A stretch of DNA of 64,000 nt, from positions 1,116,001 to 1,180,000 of the forward strand of contig LSRY02000010.1 in the NCBI GenBank assembly GCA_001643675.2, in the 5' to 3' direction. This DNA is from Monocercomonoides exilis PA203 (Eukaryota; Protista; Preaxostyla). The notes beneath the pieces were generated by a model. It was given only the letters and a program-made list of their open reading frames with translations. It did no database searches and was not told the DNA's origin. The number at the start of each line of letters is the position of its first letter. Positions within the stretch are counted from its first letter, which is position 1. Made by a program: the position numbers and the translations under genes. Of this stretch, positions 13,400 through 24,859 are shown one piece after another.

Positions 13400-14076
13400 C
13401 ACCAGATGAGGAAGAGGATATCGCATCATCCACCTGGCAAGAGACAAAACAGTGGGATTAATGATTATCTCAATCTCTGATATCCATTCTTAAACAGCAT
13501 ATTGCCTCGAAATAACAGCTAACAAACACGAACTGAGGCATGGTATTATCAGATGGCACTCCTCTCCAAAAACCACTCATTCACATCTTCCTGTTCCTGG
13601 AATTTGGATTGGCAAATCTTCTTCTCTTCGCTCTTTCTGCTCTTTCGCTTTCCTTTTCCCTCTTCCTTCTGTGTGTTTTGGTGCCTCGAAGAAGTTTATG
13701 TCCAGTCTGACGTCTTTCCCATTTCTTCTCTTCTTCAATAGCAATCGACTTCTTAATTCAAGTCGTCATTGGCTGGTTGATCTTCTTGTTCTGAACAGAT
13801 GCAATCAAAACAGATTCCTTGGGCCTCTCCACTAATCATTCTGATCAACACATGCAATTCAGTCACTAAAACTTCTTGCTGATATCTGCGCCCAAAGAGA
13901 AAAGAGCAAAAAAATTGAACAATCCAACAAAGAAGAAAAAGTGAAAGGAGTCACCTGACAACACAATAGAAATGGAGAATAACAAATATCATTTCGAATA
14001 TAAAGAAGACAAAGAGGAAGAAGCAGAAGTGACAGAAGAGGAGGAGAAAGAAGAAGAAGATGATGATGATGATGAT

Positions 14077-14107
<31 letters not shown>

Positions 14108-15230
14108 ATATTGCAGTGCTTTCAGTTGGATCATTTGTTCTGATGGGCTCTTCAAGTTGTGTTGAAAACGAAGAAGTCTGAGAGGATGAAGGAGGAGAAG
14201 AAGGAGAAGGAGAAGATGATGATGGCTGAAGATGATTTGCCTCTGAAGGAACAGAACTTTGATGATCAGATGAATCAAGTGAAGTGTGTAAGTTTGACAG
14301 AGAAGGAGGTGGTTGCGTTGAAATGACTTGTGCAGATGAAGAAGGATCACACAATGAAGAAGAAGAGGAGGAGGAGGAGCAGAGAATGGAGAGGAGGAAG
14401 GAGAAACAGGAGAAGGAAGGTTGAGTTTGTAGTTGGCGAAGGTGAAGGGGAAAGAAAGAGGCCTAAGAAGAGAAGAAGGAGAAGAAGGGAGGGAAGAAGT
14501 AGAAGAAGGGGAGGCGGAAGAAGAAGAGGAAGAAGAAGAGGAAGAAGAAGAGGAAGAAGAAGAGGAAGAAGAAGAGGAAGAAGAAGAGGAAGAAGAAGAG
14601 GAAGAAGAAGAGGAAGAAGAAGAGGAAGAAGAAGAGGAAGAAGAAGAGGAAGAAGAAGAGGAAGAAGAAGAGGAAGAAGAAGAGGAAGAAGAAGAGGAAG
14701 AAGAAGAGGAAGAAGAAGAGGAAGAAGAAGAGGAAGAAGAAGAGGAAGAAGAAGAGGAAGAAGAAGAGGAAGAAGAAGAGGAAGAAGAAGAGGAAGAAGA
14801 AGAGGAAGAAGAAGAGGAAGAAGAAGAGGAAGAAGAAGAGGAAGAAGAAGAGGAAGAAGAAGAGGAAGAAGAAGAGGAAGAAGAAGAGGAAGAAGAAGAG
14901 GAAGAAGAAGAGGAAGAAGAAGAGGAAGAAGAAGAGGAAGAAGAAGAGGAAGAAGAAGAGGAAGAAGAAGAGGAAGAAGAAGAGGAAGAAGAAGAGGAAG
15001 AAGAAGAGGAAGAAGAAGAGGAAGAAGAAGAGGAAGAAGAAGAGGAAGAAGAAGAGGAAGAAGAAGAGGAAGAAGAAGAGGAAGAAGAAGAGGAAGAAGA
15101 AGAGGAAGAAGAAGAGGAAGAGGAAGAGGAAGAGAAAGATGAGAAGAAGAAGGTGATGATGGTGGTGGTGGTGGCGGTGATGATGATCAACAAGGAAAAA
15201 AATAATCATTCAGATGCGCTTTAAAATGAA
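13400..15230 (-). pseudogene. Degenerate Ser-rich coding-like sequence hosting the 12-mer array
   Basis: Ser/Pro-rich reading jumps between ORFs 13859..15193 and 13989..14354, with multiple stops downstream. No recognisable domain. Confidence 0.35.
14517..15116 (+). repeat. Perfect tandem array (GAAGAAGAAGAG) x50
   Basis: 600 bp of an exact 12-bp period; purine-only on the + strand. Confidence 0.95.
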
Positions 15231-15243
15231 AATGTTCACCATC

Positions 15244-16583
15244 TTAAACAATTGATCCATAGAAACTGATTACAAGATCTTCATATCCTTCTTCTTCCAT
15301 CTTTTCACGCTGCTTTCTATTCCACGTAATTTCCTTCTTTGCCTTTTCGCTTTCTTTTTTCGAACTTTCAACAAGCCATCTCCAAGAAAACCCGAAAACA
15401 TTCTTCGAGAAAGTATCTTTTTTCTTTTTTTTTAATTTCCTACATTTCACGAATCCTGGAGAAAATGTCTCCACAAAATATAGAAAAATCACTGACAATC
15501 GTCTGTTGGTGCATTTCTTCCACAATAAAGTCGACAATTTTGTCTCTCAGCAAATAATCAGTTGATATTTCATGAGTCAGAATGATATGCAAAATAAATG
15601 ATAAGCATTGCTCAAATGTTTCTCTGTGGGCACTTCTAGCTGTTCTGCACATATTTATGATGCATACTACCACTCTTGCAAATTCTTCTTTCTGAATTAT
15701 TGAATAAGCAAAACTGCCGTTTACTGCATTTATCCATCTCGTAAAAAGTTTGATTTCTTTTATTTCAAATCGGCCTCTTCTCAAACTATTCTTTTTCCGG
15801 TCAACAAATTCACTCAGCTCGTCCAATTCTCTTGCAGCCTCTCTTCCGAAATGTAGCTCGTTCACAATAACTTTTTTCAAGATTATGTTATTGTCCAATC
15901 TTCTGGGCAAAATCTTCCAAGCTGATAGATAACCAAGGCGAGTCGGGTTACGATGTTCTTGGTGATATCTGATTATCTTTTTGATTTCATTCAAATACAG
16001 CTTTTTTTCGATTTTCTGGGTAAAAAGAAAAACAAAAAAGAAAATGGAGATAAGATAAATATTATCAATACGGAAAAGAAGTTCCCATACACAATATCTT
16101 GCAATGTTATTTAAAGTCAGAATAGCCATTTCCACTTCTTTCTGAGTTTCCTCGTTTCCATCTTTCCTTAATGCAACTTTCAGAAGGCAATGTACACATA
16201 TTGAAATTAATTCAGGCAAGACGTTGTTGCTTAGTAAAGCATAGCATTCACAAAGATCAATGAGAAGCTTTTCATTCTTTTCTTTTTTTTTTCTCATTTT
16301 CATAAATAATCATCTGTTTTATTCTTCTGTACAACTCAGATAAATCAATGAGTCAACTACATATAATATTCAATATGTTGGAGTATCCAAGAAGCTTCAG
16401 TAGCAAAATGGAATTCTCCAATGACATTTTCTTTTCTTGAATCATTTTGTCTATTTCATTGAACAATTCTACAGTGAAAACAAATGAAAATTCTTCTTCA
16501 TTCATTTTTTCAATAAACAAATTCAGTTCTTTGATTTTCTGTTTTTGCCTATCTTCATCGCTATCCTCAAGCTCATTAAACAA
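15244..16583 (-). pseudogene. Decayed member of the large Monocercomonoides-type ARM-like family
   Basis: Motifs FNELEDSDEDRQKQKIKE, KNEKLLIDLCECY, ETQKEVEMA, YHQEHRNxTRL, VIVNELHFGREAARELDEL and KMEEEGYED. In-frame TGA at 16353, frameshift in the T run near 16285, further stop and frameshift near 15440, intron about 16091-16016. Confidence 0.8.
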
Positions 16584-17176
16584 TTCTGAAAAAAAGCAAT
16601 AACAAGGAAGAAAACCTAATCAACAAGAAATCGAGTGTTTCAATGTTTGCAAACCATAAAAAAAATACGTTAACGTATTTTTCCTGTAATTTTGAAAAAC
16701 ATTGCAGAAATAAAACACCGCAATTTTCCATTTATATAAAATGAACATATATTTGGAAGGGAAAATGTGAGTGTAAAAAACATAAAACAGTCATCAAAAC
16801 ATCGTTGTTCAAACCGTCATTCTTTGTATTGACATTTAAAAAGGAACCTATAAAGAAAAAATTCACAATTTTAATATCAATGATGCTGTGATGGTAGCAC
16901 TGATCAATGTGATTATCTTTTTATTTGCAAACAATTTGAGAAAATGTCTGACAAAAGTTTTCAACTATCTTTCACCACGTATTTAATGTTTTGTAATCAA
17001 ATTGTTCAGTTTCCTTTTTGATTGCAGAATGCAGTGAATTTTTTTATTTCTCAAAAGAACATAATTGCCTTTTTTTTCTTTTTTGAATCATGAAACAAAG
17101 AAGAATGTCCATTTTCGGATCATCAAGACAAAGACTTTTTTTATTAGTAAAAAAAAATATTTATTTTTTTCTAAAT

Positions 17177-17914
17177 GGGTGATTATTTTTGAAAGCATAT
17201 TTTTTCATTCAAAAATTTCGGTTCAAAAATTTCTCTTGAATATTAACAAATGCACATTGCAAAGTGAAGAAGCTTATTGAAGACATTTTTATCTTTGATT
17301 TGGAAATGACATTTGTTTTTGAAACAGTTGTCATTATTTTATAATCTGAATACAAAAACACTTCCCATTGACAAACTATCTCTAAAAAATCAATTCCCCG
17401 AAAAAAGATATGATTTCAAAAATAATGACCCAAATGTGTGATTCTTTTTGGAAAATTGCAAATGGTTTATTTGCATATAAATTTAAACTATCATATTTTG
17501 TCCATATTTCTGTTTCCACTCACTAATCTTCTTAAGAATGTTTGAAATAGCATTATCCAGAAATAGATTCCATTTTGGCAAAGTTTTGTGTATATTTACA
17601 AAATTTTGAGTTAAATATGAAATTTTGGATTTATTTGAAAAATAAACATTTGCGACTTTTCAAAAAGAATCACACATATCCTTTTTCGGGGGTGTTGACT
17701 TTTCAATGATTGTTGATTTTTTGAAAGGAAATTTTAATACAAAAGAGTAGAAAAATGATAAATGTTTTTTGAAACAAATGTTTTTTCAGAATTGAAGAGT
17801 AAAATGTGTTCAATAAGCCTTTTCACTTTGCAAATTATTTTTAATTGATATATAAGAAATATATTTGCACCGAAATTTTTGAATGAAGAAATATGATTTC
17901 AAAAATAATCACCC
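17177..17914. mobile_element. Degenerate foldback (long-TIR) non-autonomous element with GGGTGATTATTTTTGAAA termini
   Basis: About 17177-17510 aligns with the reverse complement of about 17590-17914. An extra inverted copy of the terminus lies at about 17409-17431. Confidence 0.75.
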
Positions 17915-19114
17915 ATTTATTGCTTTTTCGACTTAGAAAAATTTTTTTGACTTTGGTTAAAATGTTAAAGATTTTGAATAAATTTTTGTGCGATGTTTTC
18001 AATCACATAAAATTTTGTGACAACAAAAAATTTTCTGCTAAATAATAAGTGAAACAAAACACGTGTTTCTTTGTGACTAATGATTGACAAAATATGTTTT
18101 CTGATGGACCGAGAGATAATTTTTGCATCAGAACCTCAATTATGAAAACAATAATTATTAATGCAAATACAATTTTATGCAAATTCAAAAAAGCGAAGAA
18201 TTAAAACAAAAAAAAAAAACAAAAAAGATGTTGACAAAAGATCAAATTTGTAATATTTTGGTCATCTGAACGTCAGTGAAGTCATCGACAGTTATTGGAG
18301 TCAGTATCTTGCAGAGTTGAAAATTTAATTTTATTAATAAAACAAAGTGAAGTTCGAAGAATTTTAAAAATTGAATAAATCTATAAAAATTGATCAACAT
18401 TTCGAAAACCCGAAAAATCAGATAAAACTAATTTTTTTTGAAGAAACCAAAATTGAAATGGATTTTCAATTTCTGATGGAAGTGACAAATTTGTTTTTGT
18501 ATGCACCACATGCATAAACGAAACATAATATTCATTAATTTGATGTGTTATTATTTTTTTCTTTTAAATTGTTTTTGTTTATTGATAAAAGCTATTTTGA
18601 TTAATTTCTTTAAATAAATTGCATTTGGCTGCTTTTTTTTAAAAAGTTCATTTTGTATTATTTTCTAACATGGCGGAAAATACGGACTTTCAAGCTTTTT
18701 ATGTACAAAGCAAGAAAAAATTGTTTTTCTTATAACATTACTAAACTTTCTCAGATTTCAAAATAAATTTGATTATCATATCCGTAAACATGTATCGTTG
18801 AAATCAAAACGTTAAGTTTTCCAATATTTCATGAATGCCAAAAAATTGACCCATTTTTATTTTGTTTTTTGATCTCAAAAAGTCAATGAAAAGTGCAAAA
18901 ATTTTCAATGAAAATGCCTGAAGGAAAATATTTTGCCCCATATAATAAAAATTTTATTTTTCGATCAAATTTCAGTTTCCACTCACCAAATATCTCTGTC
19001 ATGAAAAAAAAATCTCGACGATGTTTGTATTTCCCTATTAGTGAAGTTTCGTGAGTGCGATAAAAAATATTATCGAAATATGAAGTATTTATTTTTTTTG
19101 TGAATTAAACAAAT

Positions 19115-19300
19115 GGGAAGAAATCTTTGGATTTGTGAAAAAATCAAAGATCTGTTCCAAATTATTTCTGTAATTATATCATAATAAGTCTTTCATTCCT
19201 AAGCAAAAAAAATACAAAAAAAATTTTTTTTTTTAATTGTGAAAAATATTTTTAATAATTGAGTGGAACAAAATTCATAAAGCAAAAAACATCCATTTAA
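19115..19300. repeat. Diverged dispersed repeat, copy 2
   Basis: Same orientation as, and colinear with, 12948-13135. Confidence 0.55.
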
Positions 19301-19590
19301 TGGAAGTTTTCAAAAAAAAAATCAGCCATTTATTTTTCATTTTTCATTTATTATTTATTTCAAAATTCATATTATATAAAATCTTATGTTTTCTGTAATT
19401 TTGACTTTAAAAATTTATTATATGACAATAGCAAAAAAAATTTTTTTTGGTTCTATGTTTTATGGCTGAGTTATGCACGAACAACTCTGTTAGTTATAAT
19501 CATCATGTATTCAAATCACAATTTTAATATGATGAAGTGGATAACTCTGAAAACACTTAATTAACCTTTTTTTTGCGTTATTCACAGATA

Positions 19591-22178
19591 ATGAAACAAA
19601 AAGAACTTGAAGATCAAAAATATGATGCTATTGATGCGCTTTCGCGAAGCTATTTGCTAAACAGTATAAGCTTTTAATGTTGTATTTTCCACGCAACAAA
19701 AATAAAATTTCTGGATATTTTTATTAAAAATTCATTTCATTTTTTTGAGGATCTTTGAATTATAAACATTCTTCAAGTGAAAGCGCGGATGCAGATTGCC
19801 TAACGGGTAAATCTTCACATTGCTCCCCTTCTTACATTATTTCTGAGAAGACACATTCTTCTATTCCGTTCAAAATTTCTTTCACAAATATTTCAGAAGC
19901 AAAGAAAGTATTCAGATCAACTGAAAACAGCAGAATTCAAAAAACGCAATCTCAGTGTCCACACAGATTATTTACACTTTTTGGCAAAGATGAAAATGCA
20001 TATCAAATTTCATTAGAAAAACAAAAACCAATTTTCAATTCACAACTTCTGGAAAATTATGAAAAACCTCAAATACTCAAAGAAGAGCAGATGAAATCGT
20101 CTCGCTATAAAGGAGAAAAAATGAGCGAACGCAGTTGCGTTGATGGGAGAAAATTTACTTCTTTTCAGTTTTATGCAGAAATTGGAGCGCACTTCCAAAA
20201 ACTTCGAGAAATGCATTCGAAAAATGAAAAGGATGAAAGCGAAAAGAAAGGCCAGAAAGAAATGATGGAGCAACAACAAGGCATAATTCAAACCGGTTCA
20301 TATGAAGAATCAGTTCCTTTTTCTCATTCGCCAACAGATCCACTATTTGAAGATACAATCATCAGATGGAAACCTGATCCGACGGTGATAAGAGAAGCGT
20401 GTTATGATCAAGATTTTGTGGTGGATGGAGTGCGGCAAACGAGCATTGCCTATCTTCAGAAGGAAACGTTGGAAAGGAAGTGGAAAGAACAAGACATGCA
20501 TTTCGCAGAATTCGATTCAGCGGCTGCAGCTTCTCTTGGATGCAAAATCGGCAGGGGTGTCTGTGCAGAAGAAGGCAGAGAGGGCAGTGGAACATCTGAA
20601 GACAACATCCCAGAAGCATCTGATGGAGAATCAATACATCAAATCACAGAGAAGAGAACTTCAAAAATTGACAGCTTCCATTCAACCGCCGCGAGAAAAC
20701 TTTCAAAGCGAAGAAGGCTGGTCATCAAATCGCAGATTGAAGAAGCCAAACAGCACTTCAAGCTGTTTGGAGAGTGGGTGCGGAAAGAATGGATAGTCGA
20801 CGAAGAAGAAGGGAAAATGTGGGACGACGCATTGACGAAGCTGAGAATGAAGGAAGAAGGAGAAGAAGGAGAGGTTAAAGCTCCTGAGAAGGAACCAAAA
20901 ACAATAGAAGAAGAGGAAACAGAGACGGAAGAAGAGAAGGAAGCGATAAAGAGAGCAATTCAAACGAATGCGCCTGCGTCTTCAGTGACGCTGGAAGAGA
21001 TGAAGTATTTGCTGTCAAAGGCTGAAAGAGAAGGGATGAGCAACGACGACCAATCAGCACTGCTTTTGAGGATTGCACAGGAAGAAGAAAAAGAAAGGAG
21101 AAAAAGCTTGAGGTGCGAAATTGGAGAGTATGAGTTGTTTAAGAGGAAATTGGCAAAGGACATGAAAAGGAGAGAAAAGAAAGCGCATTCTGCTGATAAA
21201 GTGGAAGATAATTCGATCAAACAATTTGAAAATTACATGACAGAATTAAATGCAAGTGACCAAGCATCCACAGTTTCTAATGTGCAACCATTTCCGTTTG
21301 AGTTCATTGAAATTGGAGCGTCCAATTCCAAACCCGACTTTTTCAATTCTGCAGATCATTTCTCAGATAAGCTTTCAAGTTTTGATTCAAAATGCCTGGC
21401 GGAGCATTCGCTCATATCTGAGCATCATACAAATTCACAATCAATAAAATTTGAATCGAATATAAAGATGCCATTTCACACACAAAAACAAGAGACAATT
21501 CAAACTTGCCGCATCTGTTTGCCTTCTTCTTCTTCCTCTTCCTCTTCCTCTTCCTCCTCTTCTTCTTCATCTGCAGATTCACTTGGCAACCTTTCAGAGC
21601 ATTTGCATTTTTCCAAAGCGAAGTCAAATAATACTCATTGCTCTTCATCAACAAAACATAAATTCCAGTTAAATCACCAAGATTTATCTCCATCTGCTTC
21701 TCTTCTGGTAAATGCGAAAAATGCTCAAGTGAATTTTCATCAACAGAATTTCCTTTCAGAAGCACACTCAATTTATGGAGCATCAAATTATAATACTTTA
21801 AGCAGGCTTTCATCTTCACAAGCAGATCAATCAACGTTTTTATCATTTCAATCAGAATTATCATTTTTGAGTCCGTTTTCTATTTCTGGAGAAGACGACA
21901 CACATCTCTTAAGAGTCATAATGTCCACAACATCGCTGTGTCCTCTGCTTCCGATCAATGAACAGATAATAACACTCGATACTGAAGAATGGTTTAATCG
22001 GTTTACTGATCCTATTTTCAACCCACGAACACGCCATAGAATGATTAAAAAGGGCAAAGACGTAGACTCTTACCTCGAGAATTATATGCAAATGTTCAAA
22101 GAAGTGGCAAAAGAGCCTCCGTTAATTGCAATGTTGATTACTCCGTTTTTTAATCAAAATAGAGTTTTTGTTTCATAG
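19591..22178 (+). CDS. Hypothetical protein, Trp-rich GxWxxKxW family paralog A
   Basis: 807-codon open frame plus a probable short first exon (MKQKELEDQKY..., intron about 19664-19749 with an atypical GAG acceptor). Contains RWKP...KWKEQD...RRRLVIKSQIEEAKQHFKLFGEWVRKEWIVDEEEGKMW...VTLEEMKYLL. Confidence 0.8.
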
Positions 22179-22386
22179 AAAAAAAGATATTTTATTTTCT
22201 TATTTTGAAAAGGAACTCATTTTTGTTAATTTTTAGTGTATTTTTGTCTTTTTATCGAATACTCGAATTATTGCGTACAAACAAAAGTCGATCATACCGT
22301 ATTTTTTCAGACTTGATGGAAATATTTGAACCTTAATTTATCATTATTTAGTTGAAAAGAACACAAAAAACATTGCTAGAAATAAA

Positions 22387-24828
22387 ATGACACGGTTCCC
22401 TTCACCTGAGGGGGTATTTGTTTGAAAAAAATTTATATTTTATGAAACTTAATTTTGTATTCAATTTTAAATTTGTGATTTTTATCAGTCGGTTAATAAT
22501 ACAGAATCTCAATTAACAAGCAATAACAATGTACATCAAACTCAGTACATACAAGGAAATGATCATTCGAACTCAAGATCTTCTTTATCGACCCTAGAAT
22601 CACATTCTCAGGATGCAAGCTCTGAATGTTCATCTGAGGATTTTTCTCGATCCATTTCACAAAATCTGTCAGTTGCTTCAGATTACTCACTTGTTCCACA
22701 AATGAGCTCAAGTGATGCACAAGCATTTTCTGACGATCCATCGGATCCATCAGATCCATCAGAATCATTAAATATGGACGATTTCCAACACTTTACCAAC
22801 AATACAGAGAACCAGCTCCAGTTAAATCCACATTCACCGAGCGAACAACTTTTTTCTGACGTATTTGTCGATACTTCAACAATGGCAATTAGCGATACTT
22901 CGTCAATTAAATCAGATGATATCTCAACATACGATCAAAAGTCTATATCAATTTCCCGACATTCATCTCCATTTTATCTTAGACAAATTCATGGACCAGG
23001 TTCATTTTTGCATCATATGAACCTGACAAATGCAGCAGGCAAGCATTCGAACCAACAAGACAAATTTACAGATTATTCCAGAGGATCAGATGAATGCCGA
23101 TTCGATATACAGTCCTCGTATTCAATAAATGGTTCGAGCATAAAATCAGCTTCCTCCCCGTGCTCCACCGAGTTCATTCCTTCCATCATCGGGCGCTCGT
23201 CCTGCCGAGATGAGGAATTTCCGCTGTCCCCGCGTTCACCTCCCGCGTCGCCTATGAAGCCGTTTCCAATAAATTTTGAAGGAAGCGTGAGTTCTGCCAA
23301 GACCATTGTGGAAGTGCGGTCGTATCCCCAACTTCCGCCGACGTCTTCTGTTCCTTACCCGCCTGGCCTGCACTCTCCCTCGTCGTTCGCCTTCTCCACA
23401 GCAGCCTCTGCTTCTGCCTCTGTCTCAGCCTCAATCTCGCTCTCGTCTGCTGCGACGACTCCGACTGCTTCCACAGCGCCTGACCATCAGCTGGCGTTTG
23501 AGGCAGTGACTGTGCGGCGCATGTCCTCAGAAGGGTTCAGCGAATCGACGCCTCCTCCGTCACTGCAACTGACGCTGCCACCGGACTTGGCAGCTTTTAC
23601 AGCAGATGATACGAACATGAGCAATAAGACAATCACAATCGCAAACACTCAGATAAATTCTGATAATTACGCTGACGGTGATTTGGATGCGCCGAAGGAG
23701 CGAAGTGTGTCTGTGACAGCGGTGGGGCATGGACTGTGGAGAGAGGAGGTTACATTGATGGAGGAGAGGAAAGGCAAAGAGAAAGTGCAGGACGAGCTGC
23801 CTGGGAAGTCGATTCATTACTCGTCTTCTTTGTCATCGTTGCCCCATGCTACTACTACTTCTTCTTCCTCTTCCTCCTCTTCTTCCTCTTCCTCCTCTTC
23901 CTCCTCTTCCTCCTCTTCCTCCTCTTCCTCCTCTTCCTCCTCTTCCTCCTCTTCCTCCTCTTCCTCCTCCTCCTCCTCTTCTTCTTATCATTCTTCCTCA
24001 GACACTAACCATCACAAACATCAGAGTGATCTTCTTCATTTGCGAGGCAGGCCAAAAGGGCTGACTATTTCGAGTCGGCCGGAGAGCTCCTTCAGCAGCC
24101 AGCAAACACCCCACCCGTCACGCCCTGCTTCTACACAGACACACTCTCAATTACAGTCACAAACACAGTCACAGGCACAATCACGCTCATATCTATTTTC
24201 TTATTCATATTCAAGTTCAAATTCAAGTTCTAATCTGAATACAAATCTGAGTTCAAATTCGAATCCAAGTTCGAGTGTTAGTTCTTATTCGAATATGAAT
24301 ATGAATACGAACACGAGTTCGAATATGAATTTAGGTAATTATTCAAGCTCATATTCATATCCACAAGTTATGCCACAATCACATTCACAATCACAATCAC
24401 AAACATCTTCTTCTTCTTCTTCTTCTCCTTACTCTTCCTCTTCTTCCTCTCCTTCTTCCTCTTGTTCTTCCAGCCCTCCTTCGTGTGCCTCTTCTCCTTC
24501 TCCTGTTGCAACATCTGTTACAAATTCAACTTCAACTTTTACTTCGATTTCTTCTTCTTCTTCGTCTTCTTCGTCTTCGTCATCTGCTTCAGCTTCATCT
24601 TCAAATTCATCATCATCATCTTCTTCTTCTTCCTCTTCCACCTCCTCATCATCATCATCTTCTTCATCCTCTTCCTCTTCCTCCTCTTCAAATATATCTT
24701 TGGCTGAATCTTCAGCTGCCCATTTATTTACAGACCCATCCACTCCACATGCATCCTCGGCAGCTGTCCCTTCAGCCACAACCTCAGCTTCAGCTTCAAC
24801 TCCAACTACAATGACAAATCTTACTACC

Positions 24829-24859
<31 letters not shown>

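Noticed and set aside
14330-15224. Poly-Glu, (RRRG)n and (FFFL)n ORFs in the track
   Set aside because: By-products of the stop-free 12-mer array; no independent evidence of coding.
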